A DNA stretch of 53,655 bases, from the IMG/VR virus record IMGVR_UViG_3300037467_002078, positions 1-53,655 of that record. One strand, given 5' to 3'. The notes beneath the pieces are model-generated. The model saw nothing but the letters and a program-made list of their open reading frames with translations, had not been told where the DNA came from and did no database searches. Below are positions 33,329-42,577 of this stretch, in pieces. This DNA comes from a virus. Its lineage: Duplodnaviria > Caudoviricetes. The number at the start of each line of letters is the position of its first letter. Position 1 is the first letter of the stretch. A program made the translations under genes and the position numbers.

Positions 33329-34387
33329 GTGGCTTTGAATGTAGACCAAGCGCTTCAGGACGCGTTAATCAGCTACCAGCTCGATCTTCGGCGCCTTGAA
33401 GCTGGAACTCGGCAACGAGTTCTTGCGATCTTTGATATAATGCAGCGTGAGTTGACCTCTGCTGTTGCCTCTAAGCAGCTGACCGCGTTTAGTGCCGGTA
33501 GAAAGAAAGAACTGCTGCGCCAAGTCGACAAGATTATCAAAAACTACTACCAAAGCGCCCAGCGAGAACTTGACCTCGATATCGAGGGATTGGCTGAAGC
33601 GCAGGCTAGGCATACGGCAAGGATTATTGAAGGAACGGCTGTGGTGAATACTGCCGTCGCCTTGCCGACAGCCGCTGAGCTAGCTCGCATCTCGAGGGAA
33701 GTTCTGATCGAGGGCGGGCCGATGGGCGACTGGTGGTCACGGATGGCATCTGGCACCTCGTTCAGCGTGTCGAACGCAATTCGGCAGGGGATTGTCCAAG
33801 GCGAGAACAACGCGCAGGTAATCTCAAGGATTACTGGCAGTAGTACGACAATCGGTGCTTTGACCGCGCCGAGACACAACGTGGCCGCCATCGTGCAAAC
33901 TTCGATGCAGACAGTCGCCAACGATTCGAGGATGTCTGTATTCGAGGCCAATACCGATATCATTAAGGAGCTGAAGTGGTTTTCAGCTATGGATGGCCAC
34001 GTCTGCCCAAAGTGCATCGCGCTTTCTGGGAGAGTTTGGAAGAATACCGAAGATCATGAGCCAGTTGGCCACGTCGTTCCCTTCCGAAATCCTCCGATCC
34101 ACTGGAATGATCGATGCGTTTTGCTTCCAGTTACGAAGACCTTTCGTGAACTCGGTGTTGACCTTCCTGAGGTTCCTGAAGGAATGCGCGCTTCAAAGTA
34201 CGGGCCGATCAGCTCCAAGACGACGTTTGATGAGTTTCTCAAGCGTCAGCCTAAAGCGCAGCAGGACGAGCAGCTTGGGGCTGGGCGCGCACAACTTTGG
34301 CGTGATGGCAAGATTACACTTGCCCAGTTGATTGACGGCAAGGGGCGAGAGCTAACCCTGGCCGAACTTAAAAGGAAATACGACTGA
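33329..34387 (+). CDS. Minor head morphogenesis protein (MuF/SPP1 gp7 family)
   Basis: W.SAMDGHVCPKC..LSG, PPIHWNDRC, Q.EQLG..RAQLWR.GK motifs. Confidence 0.9.
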   Translation: MALNVDQALQDALISYQLDLRRLEAGTRQRVLAIFDIMQRELTSAVASKQLTAFSAGRKKELLRQVDKIIKNYYQSAQRELDLDIEGLAEAQARHTARIIEGTAVVNTAVALPTAAELARISREVLIEGGPMGDWWSRMASGTSFSVSNAIRQGIVQGENNAQVISRITGSSTTIGALTAPRHNVAAIVQTSMQTVANDSRMSVFEANTDIIKELKWFSAMDGHVCPKCIALSGRVWKNTEDHEPVGHVVPFRNPPIHWNDRCVLLPVTKTFRELGVDLPEVPEGMRASKYGPISSKTTFDEFLKRQPKAQQDEQLGAGRAQLWRDGKITLAQLIDGKGRELTLAELKRKYD

Positions 34388-34542
34388 TGCGATGCGAAAG
34401 ATGTGGGACACCACTTGAAGAAGGATCAGAGCTTGGCCCAATGCACTTCTGCCCGTGCAAGAAAGAGCTAGGTTACCAAGATTCAGATGTGATGTGCAAC
34501 TGCTGCAGAGATTGCACGGAACAATGTGCGATGGACATATAG
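34387..34542 (+). CDS. Small Cys-rich protein (51 aa; not in the ORF track)
   Basis: MRCERCG...FCPCK...CNCCRDCTEQC; nine Cys; TGATG coupling. Confidence 0.6.
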   Translation: MRCERCGTPLEEGSELGPMHFCPCKKELGYQDSDVMCNCCRDCTEQCAMDI

Positions 34543-34725
34543 ATGGATAAAGAAACTATCATCGCAGCAGTGTTTTTCATCGCAATAGCGGTGTGCCTTG
34601 TTATGGCTAGTGTGGCTTTGCACAAAGAGCAGCTAACTTGTGAGAGCAAGGCTGGGGTTTATATACGAACAGGATTCGGATTTGTTTGCGTCGACGCGCG
34701 AACAATCAAGCTAAAGGATAACTGA
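34543..34725 (+). CDS. Small membrane protein
   Basis: N-terminal TM helix. Confidence 0.6.
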   Translation: MDKETIIAAVFFIAIAVCLVMASVALHKEQLTCESKAGVYIRTGFGFVCVDARTIKLKDN

Positions 34726-34752
34726 TTAATCAACCTAAAAAGGAGTTTCAGC

Positions 34753-34938
34753 GTGGCATGGACAGACGCCGCTCGGGCGGCAGCAATGGCAACTAAGCGT
34801 GCCCATAAGGTTTCCAAACATAAGGTCAATAAAGGTGTTCTAGGACATAAATTTGACCCTAAGACAGGATCGCGTGTAAATGTGGGTGTACTGGGGTCTA
34901 TTTTCGATCATAAGACAGGATCAAGGATAAAAAGGTAA
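34753..34938 (+). CDS. Small basic protein with internal 17-aa duplication
   Basis: AAGGAG RBS; VNKGVLGHKFDPKTGSR / VNVGVLGSIFDHKTGSR. Confidence 0.7.
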   Translation: MAWTDAARAAAMATKRAHKVSKHKVNKGVLGHKFDPKTGSRVNVGVLGSIFDHKTGSRIKR

Positions 34939-34982
34939 CCAAGGCGGCAAAGAGCTGCTGCTGCAACAGGTTCGTAACACCC

Positions 34983-35025
34983 TGCCTATCGGGATGATAG
35001 GCAAACCTGAGGCGCGGGACGCGTC
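34983..35025 (+). promoter_or_regulatory. Tandem GGA-loop hairpins in the scaffold leader
   Basis: TGCCTATC-GGGAT-GATAGGCA and GGCGC-GGGAC-GCGTC. Confidence 0.6.
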
Positions 35026-35058
35026 TTTTCATTAACTAAAATCCGAGAGGGATTAAGC

Positions 35059-35826
35059 ATGGCAGTGAAATTAGTGGTTGACAAACTGGAAGACGCGCCG
35101 GAAGCGGTAAGGACTCTTTACGTGGAGAAAGACGGGAAGTTTCATCTCCAAGTTGAAGGTCTTGAGGATACTTCTGGCCTGAAGAAAGCCCTGGACTCCG
35201 AACGCGAAAGCGCCAGGAAGGCGCGCCAACAAGCGAAGGAGCTGGAAGAACGGTTTACCGGCATCGATCCTGAGCAGGTGAGAGACCTGATGAAGAAGTT
35301 TGAGGATGACGGCGAGGCCAGGCTGATCAAAGAAGGTAAGATCGATGAGGTGGTTAACAAGCGCCTCACGAAGCGCGAAATCGAGTTCAACAAGCAGCTG
35401 AAGGCTGCCCAGGACATGGTCGAAGCCGAGAAGAAACGCAGCTCCAAATTCAACGATCTCGTCTTGGAAAACCAAGTTCGCCAAGCAGCTTCGGCTGCAG
35501 GACTTCACAACCATGCCATCGAAGATGCCATGCTTCGAGCTCGGTCGATCTTCAGACTCACTGAAGACGGTAAGGCAGTCCAACTCGGAGAAGACGGCAC
35601 GCCGGTTATCGGCAAGGATGGAAAAACTCCGTTCAGCCCGGCCGAGTGGCTGGAAGGTATGCGCGACGCCGCTCCCCACTGGTTCCCTGCTGGGAACGCT
35701 GGGGGCGGAGCGACAGGCGGCAAAGATTTAAGCGGTGGCAACAAAGTGATAAAGCGTGCGGCATGGAATGCTTTGTCTGCGGACAAGAAAGCTGAGATGC
35801 TAAGGACTCACACGCTTGTTGATTAA
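35059..35826 (+). CDS. Capsid scaffolding protein
   Basis: Coiled coil, precedes MCP, APHWFP..AGGGA.GG C-terminus. Confidence 0.85.
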   Translation: MAVKLVVDKLEDAPEAVRTLYVEKDGKFHLQVEGLEDTSGLKKALDSERESARKARQQAKELEERFTGIDPEQVRDLMKKFEDDGEARLIKEGKIDEVVNKRLTKREIEFNKQLKAAQDMVEAEKKRSSKFNDLVLENQVRQAASAAGLHNHAIEDAMLRARSIFRLTEDGKAVQLGEDGTPVIGKDGKTPFSPAEWLEGMRDAAPHWFPAGNAGGGATGGKDLSGGNKVIKRAAWNALSADKKAEMLRTHTLVD

Positions 35827-35844
35827 GCAGCACCTGTAGCAAAA

Positions 35845-35891
35845 GGCGGTCGGACGGGATGTCTAACCGCCGAAGTTAAAACCGGGACGGT
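35845..35891 (+). promoter_or_regulatory. Tandem GGA-loop hairpins in the major capsid leader
   Basis: GGCGGTCGGAC-GGGAT-GTCTAACCGCC and ACC-GGGAC-GGT. Confidence 0.6.
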
Positions 35892-35936
35892 GGAGACTTT
35901 CTTCTTTTAATTTACCCATAAACTTGAGAGGACGTA

Positions 35937-37184
35937 ATGAAAAGTATTATTTCAACCGCCCGGTTGTATATGAAAGCAGTCGGGCTTATCCTGCACGACC
36001 TGGTCTTCCACTACATGGCGCGGAGCGGCTTGATTCTTGGTGCCAACACGCTGACCAACCTCATCCCGACGATGTATCGCGCGCTGGACGTCGTATCTCG
36101 TGAACAGATCGGGTTTATTCCGGCTGTGCTGCGTGATTCGAGTGCTGAGCAGGTTGCGTTAAATGAAACCGTTAACATCCCCATCGTTCCCATTCCGACC
36201 GCGGCGGATATTACGCCCGGTGTGACGGCGCCTGATACCGGTGATCAAGCGATCGGCAATACCACCATGACGATTACCAAGTCTCGGATGGTGCCGGTTC
36301 GTTGGTCTGGTGAAGAGCAAAAAGGCGTGAAGAACTCAGGAATGTTCCCTTCGGTCAACGAACAGCGCTTTCAACAAGCTCTTCGTGTCCTGTGCAATGA
36401 AGTTGAGGCCGATCTTGCCGCCCTGTGCTCCAGCAGCTCGCGCGCCTACGGCACCGCCGGCACCGCGCCTTTTGGCACCGCAGGCGATCTGTCGGACAGT
36501 GCCCAGATGCTGAAAATCCTGGAAGACAACGGTGCTCCGATGGCCGATCTGCATGCAGTGTTCGGTTCCGGAGCGATTGCCAACCTTCGTGGTAAGCAAT
36601 CCGTGCTGTTCAAAGTGAACGAAGCTGGAACTGACCAATTGCTGCGCCAAGGGATTATCGGCCAGCTGCAAGGTGCTATGGTTCACAACTCCGCGCAGGT
36701 GAAAACACCAACGGTCGGTACAGGTGCGTCCTACACGACAAACACGGCTGGCTACGCGGTTGGCGCGACGGCGATTACCCTCATCACTGGTACTGGAACG
36801 ATCCTGGCTGGTGACATAGTTACGTTTGCCGGCGACACCAACAAGTACGTGGTCGGCACCGCTCTCACCGGCGGCGTACTTACCCTGGCTGAGCCCGGCC
36901 TGCGCAAGGCGATCGGCACTTCCGCTACGGCGGTGACGGTGGTCGGTGCAGCGGAGCGTAGCATGTACTTCCCGCGTTCGGCCATCGCTCTGCTTACCCG
37001 CGCTCCTGCGATGCCAGACGGCGGCGACGCTGCAGACGACGTGATCGAGCTCACCGATCCAATTACCGGCCTGGCGTTCCAGGTTGCGATGTATCGCCAG
37101 TACCGTCAAGTTCACATCGAAGTCGGCCTGGCCTGGGGTGTCAAGGGAATCACACCGCGCCACATCGGCACCCTCCTGGGTTAA
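35937..37184 (+). CDS. Major capsid protein (P22 coat-like family)
   Basis: ANTLTNLIP..Y.ALDVVSRE.IGFIPAV, Y.QYRQ..IEVGLAWGVK; follows scaffold; terminator downstream. Confidence 0.92.
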   Translation: MKSIISTARLYMKAVGLILHDLVFHYMARSGLILGANTLTNLIPTMYRALDVVSREQIGFIPAVLRDSSAEQVALNETVNIPIVPIPTAADITPGVTAPDTGDQAIGNTTMTITKSRMVPVRWSGEEQKGVKNSGMFPSVNEQRFQQALRVLCNEVEADLAALCSSSSRAYGTAGTAPFGTAGDLSDSAQMLKILEDNGAPMADLHAVFGSGAIANLRGKQSVLFKVNEAGTDQLLRQGIIGQLQGAMVHNSAQVKTPTVGTGASYTTNTAGYAVGATAITLITGTGTILAGDIVTFAGDTNKYVVGTALTGGVLTLAEPGLRKAIGTSATAVTVVGAAERSMYFPRSAIALLTRAPAMPDGGDAADDVIELTDPITGLAFQVAMYRQYRQVHIEVGLAWGVKGITPRHIGTLLG

Positions 37185-37211
37185 CCTTCAAACTGATTGC
37201 AGCCGAGAATC

Positions 37212-37247
37212 GCCCCTCCGCCTCAGTGAGACGGAGGGGTTCTTTTT
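37212..37247 (+). terminator. Intrinsic terminator after MCP
   Basis: CCCCTCCG...CGGAGGGG stem followed by TTCTTTTT. Confidence 0.8.
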
Positions 37248-37271
37248 AATCTGAATTTGTGGGAAACAGAC

Positions 37272-37469
37272 ATGCATCCGAAGACAGTTAAGGTGGCAAC
37301 TACCGCCCCTGATAATCCCGATGGATTTTACCTCTTGAACGAGGCAGATTTCAATCCTGAAGTTCACAAGAAATGGGAACCAGCACCGCCCGCTCCTCCA
37401 GCACCACCCGCTCCTCCGAAACAGGAGCCGCAGCCAGAAGCGCCGAAGCAGGCATCGGCGAAGAAGTAA
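37272..37469 (+). CDS. Small Pro-rich protein following MCP
   Basis: TVKV...INEADF-like head and PAPPAPP tail. Confidence 0.7.
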   Translation: MHPKTVKVATTAPDNPDGFYLLNEADFNPEVHKKWEPAPPAPPAPPAPPKQEPQPEAPKQASAKK

Positions 37470-37526
37470 GTTCGTCCAACTCAGTCAAGTAGGTCTTAGA
37501 ACAATTTAATCCAGGAGAAGAGGTAT

Positions 37527-37994
37527 ATGGCAAGCAGATTATATAACAAAGGTATGCGTCGGTTACTTGGCGGTGCGACAGGAGCTATCGACTGGGTCGG
37601 TGATACAAGCATCAAAATCATGATCCTTACAACCGGGACGGCGTACACTTTCAACCCTGATCATGAGTTCGTCTCGGACGTCGTTTCCTCTGAAGCAGCC
37701 GGCACGGGATACACCGGTGGGTTTGGCGGCGCAGGGCGGAAAGCACTATCTGGGAAGACGATCGTCGACGATCTTACGAATGACAAGGTTCTTCTCAAGG
37801 CCAGTGATCCTGCAACGTGGACAGGATTGAACTTGTCTAGTGGGTCGATTGCGCAGCTGGTCGTGTTCAAGGAACTTACCAATGACGCCTCCAGCCCGCT
37901 CCTTGGGATGCTCGATCCAGCAGACTTGGTGACAAACGGCGGGGATGTTTCGTGTGCGTTCCCTTCCGGAGTTGTGTTTTCCATCGCGCAATGA
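37527..37994 (+). CDS. Putative virion structural protein (fibre module)
   Basis: AIDW..D.IK..L, TGYT.GG, TNGGD pattern; beta-rich. Confidence 0.7.
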   Translation: MASRLYNKGMRRLLGGATGAIDWVGDTSIKIMILTTGTAYTFNPDHEFVSDVVSSEAAGTGYTGGFGGAGRKALSGKTIVDDLTNDKVLLKASDPATWTGLNLSSGSIAQLVVFKELTNDASSPLLGMLDPADLVTNGGDVSCAFPSGVVFSIAQ

Positions 37995-38323
37995 TGACGT
38001 TTCAGGAGGTCAAGACCTGGTTATTTGGCATTGCCTATGGTCTTGACCTAACCTTTAACGCGGCGACCTTTGGGTCTCCAAGAGAGACATTTTCATCACG
38101 ATGTTATCGGATGGATTACCTTGGATATCCAACATTCAGAGTGCTTCGTTTCATCATTGACCTAGCCGCGAGGCCTTTTGATGGAGCCGAGCACTGTAAG
38201 CAATCCTATGAAAACATCTGCAACGGTGTTTATCTGCCTCAAGGGTTCCATGATCTTGCGCTCTATAGCATAGAAATGGATCAAGCTTTGGCGATGAATG
38301 CTGATAAGGGGAAAGGCGAATGA
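37991..38323 (+). CDS. Hypothetical protein
   Basis: LD..FNA..FG.PRET.SSR...IID...EHC pattern. Confidence 0.7.
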   Translation: MMTFQEVKTWLFGIAYGLDLTFNAATFGSPRETFSSRCYRMDYLGYPTFRVLRFIIDLAARPFDGAEHCKQSYENICNGVYLPQGFHDLALYSIEMDQALAMNADKGKGE

Positions 38324-38811
38324 GTAAACTTACACCCGAACAAAAGCTGGTGCTTCAAAACCATCTCACTGCCGACCCAAATGGCAAAGGCTACGCGGCA
38401 GATGTGTCAAGCCAAGCTGTTGGCACTATCGTAGTTAAGCTGAATGCTCAGGACGTGAAGAAGGCAAAATTCAATAAAATAATGACTCTCACTATGCTAA
38501 GAGACCTCCCCGATCTGTCTGACAGCATCATCGGTAAGCTTGAAAGCATGGCACAGCAAAGTCTTAAGGTCAAGGAAGTTTTGACCTACTACCTTCGCCC
38601 ACCTGGAACTGGGATTGATATCGCCGACCCTGAAACAATAACTATGATCGATTCGCTAACCGCACCTACAACGCCGCTACCTACTGGCTTTACTACCGAA
38701 GAGGCGGCAGCATTGAAAAATATGGCTATGCTTCCTGCTACGGAGATGGAGCAGCTAAATCTTCCGGTGGCTACTGAGGAAATGATCTGGGAAATATTAG
38801 GAGGAGTATAA
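38320..38811 (+). CDS. Hypothetical protein (possible fibre chaperone)
   Basis: In the late operon, ATGA overlap. Confidence 0.7.
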   Translation: MSKLTPEQKLVLQNHLTADPNGKGYAADVSSQAVGTIVVKLNAQDVKKAKFNKIMTLTMLRDLPDLSDSIIGKLESMAQQSLKVKEVLTYYLRPPGTGIDIADPETITMIDSLTAPTTPLPTGFTTEEAAALKNMAMLPATEMEQLNLPVATEEMIWEILGGV

Positions 38812-38814
38812 CAA

Positions 38815-39249
38815 ATGGCTGTAATAACACAAGCACAGGGAACGAGAAGCTCCGGCCTCCTCAGCCTCGCCTCATTAGCAACAGGAACTTACGCGGCGAC
38901 AGCGGCGATTGATTTGGGCGCTTCCATTCCTCTTGATGTGACGTTCGAGGTGGAATGCCTGCCAAGCGCCTCAACATCGGGGAACAAACAGCTTGTTCTT
39001 TTTGCAAAACTTTCACTGGACAACTCCAATTTCGGCAGCGGACCGGAAAGTGGAACAACGACTACAAACGAGCCCGATCTTCATTGGGTAGGTACGCTGC
39101 CGTGTAACGATAACACCACGCACAGGAGATTCTTTAATCTCGCGGGGTTGCCGATTACTAGATACTTGAAGTTGGTGATTAAGAATGACACCGGGGTTAC
39201 TTTGACTTCTGGAAACATATACAGGGCTGATATAACCGGAGCTGCGTAA
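38815..39249 (+). CDS. Putative virion structural protein
   Basis: Beta-rich, S/T/G-rich, strong RBS. Confidence 0.7.
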   Translation: MAVITQAQGTRSSGLLSLASLATGTYAATAAIDLGASIPLDVTFEVECLPSASTSGNKQLVLFAKLSLDNSNFGSGPESGTTTTNEPDLHWVGTLPCNDNTTHRRFFNLAGLPITRYLKLVIKNDTGVTLTSGNIYRADITGAA

Positions 39250-40958
39250 TGTCTGAGATAATCCTTCCCCGGATGCCAAGTCGGACCCCGCAAGGGGCGG
39301 CGGCGGTAATTGCCCCAAGTTTTGCGGAATATCAGCCCCGGATCGTGGTATTACCGCAATCTGGTGTGAACCTCATAAGTAACGAGGCAACACCGTTCGT
39401 TAATGGGGCGATAGTTCGGGATGGAATTATTGTCTTACCGGCAGGTACGGCTTATGTTGATCTTGGTTCAGCAGCAAACATAACGGTCAATGATTATACG
39501 ATAGTCTTAGTGTCGAGATTACGATCTTTCACCAACCAGTATGTAAGCCCTGCCGGGTTTAAGACAACGACAAATAATATTCTACCTTTTTACTCGACTA
39601 ACCCTTCCTATAAAGATATATCGTGGGCGAATGGCTCATCCGTAGGAACACAATTTTCCCTGACTCAGTTTGGTTCCATTACGGGGACATGGCATAAGCT
39701 CGTTTTTTCTAAGATAGGTGGGGTAGAAACGTTATGTTGTAATGGTCAGAAATTAACATCAGTCGCGGCAACGGCAACCGGCACAGTAACTGGAAATAGC
39801 TGTCTTGGTCAGCTGGCCCCGACTAACACCAGCCAGCCTTTTGATGGAGATATCTCACTTGCTGCGGTATTCTCTAAAGGGTTTCCTGATAACCTGGCAA
39901 GGAAGGTGTCGGAAGACCCGAGAGTTCTTTTCAAGGCCCCCGCCCGAAGGTTATGGGTGGTGGAGGCTGGAGGCTCGCAGACGCTCAACCCGTCTGAGGC
40001 GGCTTCAACAAGTGCAGGCTCCACGCCAACTCTTACTCCAGGCGCTCTTACACTGAACCCGAGCGCGGCGAGTTCGACCAGCGCTGGGTCAGTACCAACC
40101 CTTTCGCAAGGGGTGGTTGTGTTGTCGCCTGCCGCGGCGAGTTCGACCAGCGCGGGGTCAGTACCAACCCTTACCGCTGGCGCAAGAACAGTATCCCCAG
40201 CTGCGGCGAACTCAACAAGTGCGGGTTCTACGCCGACGCTTACACCGGGAGTTGTAGTTCTTGCACCAGCTGCCGCGGTTTCCACAAGCGCTGGGATTGA
40301 TCCGTCGTTAGGTGGAGCTGGAGCGCTAAATCCTGCTGCCGCGGTTTCCACGAGCGCGGGTTCTACACCAACGTTGTCGGCGGGCGCAGTTACGCTGAAC
40401 CCTGCTGCAGCAGTTTCAACGAGCGCGGGATCAACGCCAACTTTGAGCAATGGGTCGGTGCTGCAGCCATCTCCGGCCAATTCAACAAGCGCGGGGTCAA
40501 CGCCAACTTTAACCGCGGGAATTGTATCACTAGTCCCAACACCTGCATCATCGACAAGCGCTGGGGCTACTCCAACCCTGAACCCTGGCGTAGCGACCCT
40601 AGCGCCAGCCGCCGGAGTAGCTTCATCCACCGGATCAACGCCCGTCCTCAGTAATGGATCGGTTCTGTCTCCGGCAGCGGCTAATGCACAAAGCGCAGGA
40701 TCGACACCAACATTGACGCCCGGCGCCGCGACAATGGCACCAACTTCAGCAGGATCGACATCTGCTGGAAGCACACCTGCTCTCACTCCAGGTGCTGTTG
40801 TGCTAACGCTTGTAGTTGCAAATGCGCAAAGCAGCGGAGTTGATCCGATCGTGACCGGCGGCAGTCCAAATGTGAGGTTGCATCCACGTTATTACGAAAT
40901 AGCTGCAGAGGACAGGAATTATGCCATCGCAGCAGAAAACAGAAGATATACTGTCTAA
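39249..40958 (+). CDS. Putative fibre protein: LamG/ConA-like N-terminal domain plus 13 Ser/Thr/Ala/Pro-rich repeats
   Basis: TWHKLV...NG...FDGDISLAAVF LamG-like pattern; repeats xTLNPAAAxSTSAGSTPTLTxG. Confidence 0.75.
   Translation: MSEIILPRMPSRTPQGAAAVIAPSFAEYQPRIVVLPQSGVNLISNEATPFVNGAIVRDGIIVLPAGTAYVDLGSAANITVNDYTIVLVSRLRSFTNQYVSPAGFKTTTNNILPFYSTNPSYKDISWANGSSVGTQFSLTQFGSITGTWHKLVFSKIGGVETLCCNGQKLTSVAATATGTVTGNSCLGQLAPTNTSQPFDGDISLAAVFSKGFPDNLARKVSEDPRVLFKAPARRLWVVEAGGSQTLNPSEAASTSAGSTPTLTPGALTLNPSAASSTSAGSVPTLSQGVVVLSPAAASSTSAGSVPTLTAGARTVSPAAANSTSAGSTPTLTPGVVVLAPAAAVSTSAGIDPSLGGAGALNPAAAVSTSAGSTPTLSAGAVTLNPAAAVSTSAGSTPTLSNGSVLQPSPANSTSAGSTPTLTAGIVSLVPTPASSTSAGATPTLNPGVATLAPAAGVASSTGSTPVLSNGSVLSPAAANAQSAGSTPTLTPGAATMAPTSAGSTSAGSTPALTPGAVVLTLVVANAQSSGVDPIVTGGSPNVRLHPRYYEIAAEDRNYAIAAENRRYTV
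39978..40860 (+). repeat. Intragenic tandem repeat, 13 units of 22-23 codons
   Basis: Counted from the translation; protein conserved, codons diverged. Confidence 0.9.
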
Positions 40959-40967
40959 AGGAGCATT

Positions 40968-41279
40968 ATGTCATACTGGGATGTAACAAATCCTGCCAAG
41001 CCTACCGGCGTAAAAGACCCCGACTCGATCCTTGACTTTCCTGTCGACTTTAGTACATGGCTGACGCAGGAGAACGCTACCTATGTTTCGCACGAAGTCC
41101 TAGTGACAGGAGGGCTTGTATGCGATTCGCAAGGAGTTCAGGCATCTGGGGTGATAACGCCAGTATTCTCAGGCGGTACGCTTGGGAAGGCGTCTTTCAC
41201 GATTCGACTAACGGTGAATAAGAGTGGAATCACGATCAAAGATGACTTCACTCTTTACCTGAAGATAAAGGACAAGTGA
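40968..41279 (+). CDS. Putative fibre adaptor protein
   Basis: KDPDSILDF.VDFS.WL...SGGT.G...T..LKI pattern. Confidence 0.65.
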   Translation: MSYWDVTNPAKPTGVKDPDSILDFPVDFSTWLTQENATYVSHEVLVTGGLVCDSQGVQASGVITPVFSGGTLGKASFTIRLTVNKSGITIKDDFTLYLKIKDK

Positions 41280-41280
41280 C

Positions 41281-41796
41281 ATGGCATTGGTTGTTGAGGA
41301 TGGAACAATGGTTAGTGGTGCTGAATCTTATTGCACCACAGCCTACGCTGACACGTACCATGCCAACAGAGGCAACACAGCCTGGGATTCGTTGGATGAT
41401 GATGTAAAAGAGGCTTCCCTGAGAAAAGCCACTGACTACATGGTCGGACGATATCGAGCAGCTTGGGCTGGTGTGAAGAAATCAGTATCCCAGTCGTTAG
41501 ATTGGCCCCGAGATATCGTCCCAGTGCTGGACGGGCCGACTAACTTTACCCAATACTACGAAAATACGATCGTGCCAACTGAGGTGAAGAACGCCTGCGC
41601 TTCTCTTGCCTTACGGGCGGCAACCGCTGCACTGGTTCCTGATCAAGAGCGTGCCGTGCTAAGTGAGCAAGTTGGCCCCATCTCAACGACCTATGATCCA
41701 AATTCTTCTCGGCAGACTAAGTACGTTGAGATTGATGACATGCTTAGCCCGTACTTAAAGAATCGTGGCCGGGCTGTGCCCTTGGTGAGAGTATGA
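41281..41796 (+). CDS. Head-tail adaptor (DnaT-like annotated family)
   Basis: MALVVEDGT...AESY, QSLDWPR, VP.EVKNA, L.PYL. Confidence 0.85.
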   Translation: MALVVEDGTMVSGAESYCTTAYADTYHANRGNTAWDSLDDDVKEASLRKATDYMVGRYRAAWAGVKKSVSQSLDWPRDIVPVLDGPTNFTQYYENTIVPTEVKNACASLALRAATAALVPDQERAVLSEQVGPISTTYDPNSSRQTKYVEIDDMLSPYLKNRGRAVPLVRV

Positions 41797-42146
41797 ATTA
41801 CGATAAAGTTCAGGCCAACGCCTATCAAATCCTGTCCCGATACGGTCTAACCATCAGCATCACGAAGAGAGTAGCGGGTGGTTACGATACGGCTACCGGC
41901 AGCGCGATCGAGACCTTGTCAGTTGAAACAGGCAAGGGCACGCCGTTCAACTACCTGATCAAGAATATCGACGGCACTTTGATCAAGGAAGGAGATCAGC
42001 AGTTATTCATATCCCCCAGAGGAATAAGCAAACCTCAGGTGAACGATGAAGTCACGGTTAACGGCATTAAGTTCACCATAATGAGCGTTAAGGAAATTAA
42101 TCCTGGCGGAACATCTCTTCTTTACGACTGCAATATTAGACCATGA
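41793..42146 (+). CDS. Head closure protein
   Basis: GGYD.ATG, IDGTLI..GD, INPGG; position. Confidence 0.8.
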   Translation: MNYDKVQANAYQILSRYGLTISITKRVAGGYDTATGSAIETLSVETGKGTPFNYLIKNIDGTLIKEGDQQLFISPRGISKPQVNDEVTVNGIKFTIMSVKEINPGGTSLLYDCNIRP

Positions 42147-42577
42147 CATTCAAAGGTGATCTTAAAGCATTTGCTGATAAAAGCGCCGAGAATTTATCGG
42201 TGGCCACTAGGAAGGTCATAATCGAGATAGGGGCGCGGATAATCGAGCGTACTCCTGTTGGTGATCCTGATCTATGGCAGAGTAGTCCTCCACCGGGATA
42301 TGTTGGCGGCCGGGCGAGGGGGTCATGGCAATACGGGTTCAATGTACCGAGCAGCGGTTCAGGCACGATTGATCCCGATGGCTCGTCTACTCTTGGTAAG
42401 ATTACGTCGGACATAAATCCAAAGCCAGCTATTCATTACATAACAAGCAATCTGTCGTATATGCCGGCGCTTGAGAATGGTTGGTCGAAGCAGGCGCCGA
42501 GAGGAATGGTTGGGCTGGTTTCAGTTGAGTTTCAGAACATCGTCGATGTAGTTGCTGGGGAGGTCAAGAATGGCTAG
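42143..42577 (+). CDS. Neck/tail completion protein (HK97 gp10-like)
   Basis: TPVG...GRARGSW, NL.Y...LENGWSKQAP.GMV. Confidence 0.85.
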   Translation: MTFKGDLKAFADKSAENLSVATRKVIIEIGARIIERTPVGDPDLWQSSPPPGYVGGRARGSWQYGFNVPSSGSGTIDPDGSSTLGKITSDINPKPAIHYITSNLSYMPALENGWSKQAPRGMVGLVSVEFQNIVDVVAGEVKNG

